64,000 nt of DNA from an uncultured Alphaproteobacteria bacterium (GTDB taxonomy: Bacteria > Pseudomonadota > Alphaproteobacteria > Rhizobiales > Xanthobacteraceae): NCBI GenBank assembly GCA_963733645.1, contig CAVTFP010000015.1:58375-122374 (forward strand). The letters run 5' to 3'. The notes below the pieces were generated by a model that saw only the letters and a program-made list of their open reading frames with translations, did no database searches and had not been told where the DNA came from. Positions within the stretch are counted from its first letter, which is position 1, and each line of letters opens with the position of its first letter. Of this stretch, positions 54,799 through 61,386 are shown one piece after another. Both the position numbers and the translations under genes were made by a program.

Positions 54799-56220
54799 TC
54801 AGTTCACCGAACACGCCGCCGTGTATTCGGCGGCGTGTTCGGCGGCAAGCAAGCCGAGGATGAACGCCTTTGACAGGCCGCCGACATAGCCGGCGCGCGG
54901 ACCGCCTTCGAGTCCCGCGACCGGCGTTCCGACGGCATAGAGGCCAGGGAAAACCGTGCCGTCCGGCCGTAATGCCTGGGCGTGCTCGTTGATCACGACG
55001 CCGCCCATCGTCCCGGTCACTCCCGCGCACAGCGGAATGGCATGGAACGGCGGGGTACGGATCGGCATCGGTTTGTGTTTCCTGATGCTGCGCGGCACCG
55101 CAAGGCGGGCCAAATTATTGTTGTCGACGGCCTGATTGAAATCGCTGATCGCTTGAGTAAGCACATTCTGCGGCACGCCGATGCGCGCCGCCAAGGCGGC
55201 GATGTCCGATGCGGTTATCATTTCGCCGCCTGCATCGATCATCGTCGGATTGGCCGGAACCGTGGTGGTGAGCGTCGGCTCCATTTGCCAGATGGCGTCA
55301 TCGAGAATCAGAAACGCACTTAAAGGATCGGGGAGTTGCGCGATCGCATTGGCCATGCAGACGCCCCCACGACCCTCGTCGGTGAAGCGCTTGCCGTCGG
55401 GACCAACGAGGATGCCGACCTCTGCCGCCGCATCGAGGTGCGGATAGGGCCATTGTTGCGCATTGGTCATGGCGCTGCGGTGATGGATATGGCCGTAAAA
55501 GGCGCCGAATCCGCCAACGGCCGCGCCTGCTCGTTCGGCCATGCGGATGCCGTCGCCTTTGGCGCCGGGTCCGACACGGGCAAGCACGTGATCAGAACGC
55601 GGCGTAATGTATTTCGCCACCATGTCCGGGCTTGCCGCAAAGCCGCCATCGGCGATGACCACGGTATTGGCGCGAATTTGCAGCCGCTGCCCGTCGCGTA
55701 CCACGTTGACGCCGACGCAGGCGTTGCCTTCGACGACCAGCGATTCAACCGTGGCGCCGCGCATGAGTATGCCGCCACGTTGTGTCAGATTTTGCTCCAG
55801 GCGCTGCATCAGCAGGTCTGCACCGCGATCCTCCCAGTCCAAGCCGGCGGTGTCTGACCGCGGCGGCGCGAGAACCTGTTGCCCCGGCTGTTCATGTCGA
55901 AGCGCGCGGCTGGTGAAGCAGGCGCCTTCGTGCGTCAGCCACGCAATGGTGCGTTTGCCGTTGTCGGCAATGGCGCGGGCGATGGCCGGTTGGGCGTTGG
56001 GGCCGCTGCCGTCCACGATCGCACGGAACAGCTTCTCCGGCGCCGCCATGATGGGAAGTCCCATGACGTTGGTGGCGCCGGTCGCAAAGCGCGAGCTGCA
56101 GGGATAACGTTGCTCAGTCCGCGCCTCGAGAACCGCTGTGGACAGACCCAGTTCTGCAGCGCGGCATGCGGGCACGAGTCCGGAGAATCCGCCACCGACT
56201 GTGACCAAATCAAATTGCAT
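54799..56220 (-). CDS. FAD-binding oxidoreductase (fumarate reductase/succinate dehydrogenase flavoprotein-like, KstD-like)
   Basis: MQFDLVTVGGGFSGLV dinucleotide fold and C-terminal GLYAVG motif. Start at the internal ATG at 56220. Confidence 0.8.
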   Translation of the reverse strand: MQFDLVTVGGGFSGLVPACRAAELGLSTAVLEARTEQRYPCSSRFATGATNVMGLPIMAAPEKLFRAIVDGSGPNAQPAIARAIADNGKRTIAWLTHEGACFTSRALRHEQPGQQVLAPPRSDTAGLDWEDRGADLLMQRLEQNLTQRGGILMRGATVESLVVEGNACVGVNVVRDGQRLQIRANTVVIADGGFAASPDMVAKYITPRSDHVLARVGPGAKGDGIRMAERAGAAVGGFGAFYGHIHHRSAMTNAQQWPYPHLDAAAEVGILVGPDGKRFTDEGRGGVCMANAIAQLPDPLSAFLILDDAIWQMEPTLTTTVPANPTMIDAGGEMITASDIAALAARIGVPQNVLTQAISDFNQAVDNNNLARLAVPRSIRKHKPMPIRTPPFHAIPLCAGVTGTMGGVVINEHAQALRPDGTVFPGLYAVGTPVAGLEGGPRAGYVGGLSKAFILGLLAAEHAAEYTAACSVN

Positions 56221-56386
56221 CGGCGTTTCCATTGCTGACTTTGACGGCCATACGCGCATCCTCCCAACCTCGTGAGACTATAACGTGGGGGCCGCGGCGG
56301 CGAGTGCACTTAGCCATGCACGGTGTTCCAGGTGTTCTGCTATTGTGCATGAGCGGAATCGTGCCAGGACGCGAAGAGAGTAACGC

Positions 56387-58060
56387 ATGAGCTGGAACCT
56401 CCGGACATTGCGGAGCAACCTGCGCCTCGTCAGCGCACTTGTCCTGCTTGCTTTCGTGATCTGTCATCTGACCGCCCATTGCCTGCTGCTTGTTTCGCTG
56501 GAGGATGCGGAAGCTACCCGGAACGTATTGATGTTTCCGTGGCGAACTTGGCTCGGCACCGGGTTGTTGTCAGCCGCGCTCATCGTCCATTTCAGCAATG
56601 CGTTGTGGTCGATCTACATCCGGAGATCGCTTCGTCTCATACGGTGGGAATGGGCCCAGCTATCGCTGGGCCTTTGTATCCCCGCATTGCTGATTCCTCA
56701 TGTTGTGTCGACGCGCATCGCCGAAAGTTTTCTGGATGTGACGAGCTACTACAACACGGTGCTGATCGTTCAGTGGCTGATGTTTCCCTGGCTTGGTGCC
56801 GTGCAGGTGATTGCGGTGATCACCGTATGGACCCACGCCAGCATCGGCATCCACTATTGGCTGCGCACCAAATCATGGTATCCGGCCTGGCGGCCGCTGA
56901 TGTTCGCCTTCGCGCTACTGTTGCCGGCCTTGGCGCTTGCGGGTTACGTCACGGCGGGTAATCAGATTCTTCGGGAGGCCAAAAGCCCCGATTATGTGAA
57001 TTCTTCGCTCGAAGATTCAAATCTCACCGAGGTGACAATCGCCGGGATTGGCCGGATAGAGCGGGTCGGTTGGAGCATCTATCTCGGTTTGGTGCTACTG
57101 CCATTTGCCGGACGCGCTTTGCGCGATTGGCATCATAGGCGCCAGCGGCCGGTGATGCTGGCTCACTCGAACGGCCGGCGCATACCGATATTGCCCGGCG
57201 CCACGGTGCTTGAGACGCTGCGCCAGAACGGCATAGCGCACGCTTCGGTGTGTGGGGGCCGGGGGCGTTGCACGACGTGTCGAATCCTGGTGACGAAGGG
57301 GCTTGACCAAATTCCAGTTGCGTCAGGACTGGAGGCGGCGGCACTCGTGCGTATTGGCGCTTCTCCCGGCATGCGGCTCGCCTGCCAGATTCATCCGACC
57401 TCCGATATTTCGGTGATGCCGCTACTGGCCGCGGATGCGAGCGCCATCGACGGCACCGTGCGCGGCGGCCTCGAAGGACGCGAACGCCCGATCACCGTTG
57501 TTTTCGTCGATATGCGCGGCTCGACCACATTGGGCGAGGCCAAATTGCCCTACGACGTCCTTTTCATACTCAATCAGTTCTTCCATGAGATGACCAAGGC
57601 GCTTGTGGCCACGAATGGGCACTACTCGCAATTCACCGGCGATGGCCTCATGGCGTTGTATGGGCTTAACGCTGCTGATCCAGCAAGTGGAGCGGTAGAT
57701 GCCATGCGCGGCGCGCGCGAAATGTTGACGAGCCTCGACCAATTGAATTATCGGTTGCGCGGCGACTTACGGGAGCCGCTGCGGATCGGCATTGGTATTC
57801 ACTACGGTGAAGCGATCGTCGGTGCCATGGGACCACCGCGCTCACAGATCATCACCGCCATCGGCGACACGGTGAATACCTGCGCGCGGCTCGAAAGCTT
57901 GACCAAGGACTATGAGTGCGTCGTCGTCGTGTCGCGTCCGGCTGCCGAAGCCGGCGGGTTTAAATTCGAAGGTTTCGAGTTACACGAAGCGCCGGTCAAG
58001 GGGCGCATGGAGCCGGTACAGTTCTATGCACTGCCCACGCTCGCCGACTTGCCGAGTTGA
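56387..58060 (+). CDS. Membrane-anchored class III adenylate/guanylate cyclase with an internal plant-type [2Fe-2S] ferredoxin domain
   Basis: ~250-aa N-terminal polytopic region with intramembrane His residues. CGGRGRCTTCRILV...LACQ ferredoxin motif. Cyclase motifs VVFVDMRGSTTL, FTGDGLMALYG, GIGIHYGEAIVGAMG, IGDTVNTCARLES. Confidence 0.85.
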   Translation: MSWNLRTLRSNLRLVSALVLLAFVICHLTAHCLLLVSLEDAEATRNVLMFPWRTWLGTGLLSAALIVHFSNALWSIYIRRSLRLIRWEWAQLSLGLCIPALLIPHVVSTRIAESFLDVTSYYNTVLIVQWLMFPWLGAVQVIAVITVWTHASIGIHYWLRTKSWYPAWRPLMFAFALLLPALALAGYVTAGNQILREAKSPDYVNSSLEDSNLTEVTIAGIGRIERVGWSIYLGLVLLPFAGRALRDWHHRRQRPVMLAHSNGRRIPILPGATVLETLRQNGIAHASVCGGRGRCTTCRILVTKGLDQIPVASGLEAAALVRIGASPGMRLACQIHPTSDISVMPLLAADASAIDGTVRGGLEGRERPITVVFVDMRGSTTLGEAKLPYDVLFILNQFFHEMTKALVATNGHYSQFTGDGLMALYGLNAADPASGAVDAMRGAREMLTSLDQLNYRLRGDLREPLRIGIGIHYGEAIVGAMGPPRSQIITAIGDTVNTCARLESLTKDYECVVVVSRPAAEAGGFKFEGFELHEAPVKGRMEPVQFYALPTLADLPS

Positions 58061-58069
58061 TGCGGGCGA

Positions 58070-58457
58070 TTACGGCGCGGCGTTGTGCCAGACGCTGTTG
58101 ACGCCGTCGCCGGTCACGTCACCCGGTTTGGCGTCCTTGCTCCAGTGATAGAGCGGTTTGCCTTTATAGGCCCACTGCCTGGTGCCGTCGTCCCGGGTAA
58201 GGACGGTCCAGTCGCCTGACGCTTTGCCGTCGGGCGTGGCTGCAAGCGGCGGCCAGTTCACAGCACATTGGCCACTGCAATTCGATTTGCCGGCGGCGTC
58301 ACGGTCGAAGACGTAGAGCGTCATGCCCTTGCCGTCGACCAGCGCCTTGCCTTTTGAAGTGTCAGCCGTCGTTGCCGGGGTCGCCTGCGCGAAAGCCAAA
58401 GTTGAGCAAATTGCGAATAGTGAGGCGGCAAATGCAGTTGAAACGAATCCGCTGCAT
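58070..58457 (-). CDS. Secreted COG4315-type protein (Yx(F/W)xxD repeats). Probable 1-nt frame break after codon 6, or an alternative start at 58510.
   Basis: Motifs LYVFDRD and LYHWSKD. AGGAG-N8-ATG at 58457 encodes MQRIRF, then one extra nucleotide (58439), then TAFAASLFAICSTLAFAQA in the ORF frame. Length 388 nt is 3n+1. Confidence 0.6.
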
Positions 58458-58476
58458 GAGTTTGCTCCTGTGCTGC

Positions 58477-60060
58477 TTATCGCCCTGTCCGCGCCAGCGA
58501 ATGCACCCAACCCTGCATGCGTTTCTTGGCGTTGGCGATGTCCTGTGTGGAAAAGAAATCTTCCGGGTTCACTTTGTCGATGGGATAGACCGGCCGCAGA
58601 AAGTCGCTCTCATAGCCAAATGGAACGGTGGCATCGATGCCCATGCCGCCTTCGAATTGGGTGTTCGAGGCTGTCCACTGCCGCTCGCCCGCGGTCATGC
58701 GCTCGGCCGGCATGAAAGTTTGGCCCCGTCCACCGGGGATCGGATTAAGGATATCGGTGCGCGGATTCACACGGGTCGTCAGGCACCACATGATGTCGTC
58801 CATCGAATAAGGATCGACGTCCTCGCTCACCGCGATGGCAAGCCGCATACCTTGGGAGCACGATAGTGCCGCAGCCATGAAATTGCGCTGCCAGCCTTCG
58901 TCGATCTGGTGGCGCTTCTTCACCTGTATGATGCAGCCGCCCCAGTCGGTCATGCAGTAGGGAATCACCACGTTCTGCACGATGCCTGGCTGCAGCCGGT
59001 TGCACAGCTCATAGATCGCCGCCTCGCGCACCGAGGTATCGATATTGTGGTCATCAAGCATATGCACGCCGAGCGCGAAGATGATCGGTTTCGTCTCCGG
59101 CTTGCGCATGGTGATGCCGGTGACGTGAAAGGTCGGGGCCTTGTAGGACTTGCCCATGTAGCCGGCCCACTCGGGATGGAAGTGATAGCGGCCCTGCACA
59201 CCGGCATCTTCGGCTTCCTTGGTCTCGAAACGCCGGTCGCGCGGATTGACGTAGCCTTCGAGGACCAGCTCGCAATCGGCGAGTGCCATGGCGTTGACCG
59301 TGCGCGCCTTGACGAGGCGGATCGGTGCTCCTTGCACGGCAGACGCAATGCCGATCTCATCGCAGCCCATCGGCAGCACGGCGTAATCGAAACCCGCCCC
59401 CGCCATCAATGTACAAGCCGGCGGCACGCCGAAGCACATGGTGATCGGCACCGGCTCGTTCTCTTTGTAGTATTTGTTCACCACCTGCCACATGTGCGAG
59501 CCGGGCGAAATCTGGAATGTGCCGATATTGCCCCAGCGGAAATTCATACGGTTGTAGCCGAGATCGGAACCGCCATCGAATTGTTCGCCCGTCACACAGC
59601 GGATACCCGATCCGACGGTGAGCTCGGGTTCGTAAGTGGTATGCCGGATCGGCACCATCCATTCGTTGACGTCGCGCGGGCTCTCGACGACGAATTCCTG
59701 GCACGGAGCTTCGCTCTGTGCGATCTCCACCGGCTTCAGCGGATGCGACAGCGCGTGCGCCAGTTTGCGAACGCGTTCGGGATCGTCCTTCCAGCCAAAC
59801 ATCCGGTTGATGATCGCAATATCACCGAACAAATTTGTGATAACGCGATGGTTCGGCTTGCCTTTGACGTTGTTGAATAGAATGGGACAGCCGCCGTCCA
59901 TGTGCTTTTGCAGGCCCGTGACCTGCAAGTCCGGATCGACTTCCTTGTCGGTCTCGATCAGCTCACCTTGCGCCCGCAACCACGCGATTGCGCTGCGCAG
60001 ATCGAAAGCCTGATTCGGCGCCGCCACCGCGTGTTGGTCCTTGCGCACCGGCTGTTGCAT
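58477..60060 (-). CDS. UbiD-family decarboxylase (second copy in the window)
   Basis: 527 aa. AFDLRSAIAWLRAQGELIETDKEVDPDLQVTGLQK N-terminus is typical of UbiD. Divergent from a MarR gene. Confidence 0.85.
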   Translation of the reverse strand: MQQPVRKDQHAVAAPNQAFDLRSAIAWLRAQGELIETDKEVDPDLQVTGLQKHMDGGCPILFNNVKGKPNHRVITNLFGDIAIINRMFGWKDDPERVRKLAHALSHPLKPVEIAQSEAPCQEFVVESPRDVNEWMVPIRHTTYEPELTVGSGIRCVTGEQFDGGSDLGYNRMNFRWGNIGTFQISPGSHMWQVVNKYYKENEPVPITMCFGVPPACTLMAGAGFDYAVLPMGCDEIGIASAVQGAPIRLVKARTVNAMALADCELVLEGYVNPRDRRFETKEAEDAGVQGRYHFHPEWAGYMGKSYKAPTFHVTGITMRKPETKPIIFALGVHMLDDHNIDTSVREAAIYELCNRLQPGIVQNVVIPYCMTDWGGCIIQVKKRHQIDEGWQRNFMAAALSCSQGMRLAIAVSEDVDPYSMDDIMWCLTTRVNPRTDILNPIPGGRGQTFMPAERMTAGERQWTASNTQFEGGMGIDATVPFGYESDFLRPVYPIDKVNPEDFFSTQDIANAKKRMQGWVHSLARTGR

Positions 60061-60127
60061 CGATCACGTTCCCATTACATAGAATGCTAAGTATTATCGG
60101 CATGGCGAACCGGAGCTGTCAACGCTG

Positions 60128-60610
60128 ATGCCGTTTGCCTCATTGCGAACCAAGACACTGTCGAATCGCGCCGCTGAGTTCCCGCCGCGGCTCTCGTCCG
60201 GATATCTGGTGCGTGACGCACACCGCGCGTTTCAGCGGCTCCTGGAACGCCGCGTGGCGGTCTACGGCGTCACGCGCGGGCAGTCGTACTTCTTGCGGGT
60301 GCTATGAATTAACGACGGCGTTTCGCAGCGCGAGCTGTCGGCGCGTGTCGGCATGATGGAGCCGACGACGGTGATCGCGTTGCGTGGCATGGAGCGCGCC
60401 GGGCTGATACGCCGCGTTCGCGGCGCCGATGACCGGCGCAAGGTGCGGATGTTTCTCACCGCAAAGGCAACGCGCCTGCGCAACGAATTACTTGCGGTGG
60501 CGCGAAGCATTACGGCTGAGGTCGAAAAGGGAATAGTGCAGCGCGATCTCGCGGCCTTTCGCCGGATCCTTGGGCGAATGACTGAGAATTTGGATCGGAT
60601 CGAGCGCTAA
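60128..60610 (+). pseudogene. MarR-family transcriptional regulator interrupted by an in-frame TGA (60305-60307)
   Basis: MPFASLRTK...GQSYFLRVL*INDGVSQRELSARVGMMEPTTVIALRGMERAGLIRRVRGADDRRKV... The stop sits where MarR proteins commonly have Trp (..LW..DG.SQ.EL). Confidence 0.75.
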
Positions 60611-60675
60611 TTATCCATTTTTCGTTGGAGTATGGTCTTGTCGGATAACCGGTTTCCACTTTTCCGGATCATGCT

Positions 60676-61386
60676 CTAAGCGCGGCGGCGGATCTGCGTC
60701 ACATTATAGTCGACGTGTCGTAGGGTAACGGTGCGCAGCGCAAGGTCGAGGATCATGTAGCTGGCGCGACGGTCAAATGTGCGCGGCTCGCCGACCGTGC
60801 CGGGATTGATCAGATAGTAGGCGCTGTCGTGGAGTTGGACTTCTTTTTCCGGCCGTTCGATGATCCGATCATGACGCCATTCGTGGACGCCTGCCCGATG
60901 AGTATGACCGAACGCGCAAATCCGCGCACCGGATAAGTGTCCCATAAGAGCGATAAAGCTCAGCAAGCGATGGTCGTCGTTGTCGAGCCTCACACTTTCG
61001 CAGTTCTCTTCGGGATGCAGCGCTCCATGCACCGCGACGACTTCGCTGTCTATCACCGTCTTTACCGGCAGTCCGGCGAGAAACTCGAGATCGTCCTGCG
61101 TTAATTGTTTTCGCGTCCAAGCCACTGTACGTACGGCGGCCTTACCGAATTCTTGGGTAGTAATCCGCCCGCACACGGCGAGATCGTGGTTGCCGGCGAC
61201 GCACACGCAGCCGGTGCCGCGTATGCGAGCGATGCATTCGGCCGCATCGCGATTGTAGCCCACGATATCGCCGAGACAGACGATACGATCGGCCGACTGC
61301 AGCGCAATATCGGCAAGCGTCGCGTCCAGCGCCTCGATATTGGCGTGGATGTCGGAAATGAGCGCGAGCCTCACAGTCCGACCCAC
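60676..61386 (-). CDS. Calcineurin-like metallophosphoesterase (YfcE/MJ0936-like)
   Basis: ISDIHAN, LGDIVGY, GNHD and GHTH motifs. GTG start at 61386, or GTG at 61374 overlapping the upstream stop (GTGA). Confidence 0.8.
   Translation of the reverse strand: MGRTVRLALISDIHANIEALDATLADIALQSADRIVCLGDIVGYNRDAAECIARIRGTGCVCVAGNHDLAVCGRITTQEFGKAAVRTVAWTRKQLTQDDLEFLAGLPVKTVIDSEVVAVHGALHPEENCESVRLDNDDHRLLSFIALMGHLSGARICAFGHTHRAGVHEWRHDRIIERPEKEVQLHDSAYYLINPGTVGEPRTFDRRASYMILDLALRTVTLRHVDYNVTQIRRRA

Noticed and set aside
58477-58510. Use of the ATG at 58510 as the simple, unbroken start of the COG4315 gene
   Set aside because: Not fully rejected. It would need a 34-nt overlap with the UbiD 3' end and gives a weakly charged 43-residue leader. 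An AGGAG-ATG at 58457 gives a textbook signal peptide if one nucleotide is ignored. Both options are recorded in the feature note.
40852-60307. Possibility that TGA is decoded (Trp as in genetic code 4, or selenocysteine), because three in-frame TGAs (40852, 41861, 60305) sit at plausible Trp positions
   Set aside because: TGA clearly terminates many well-defined genes here, including those with ATGA/GTGA/TGATG coupled junctions. No SECIS-like context or Sec-type protein is involved. TGG to TGA is a one-step transition. Nonsense mutation or base-call error is more parsimonious. It remains flagged as checkable in the findings.
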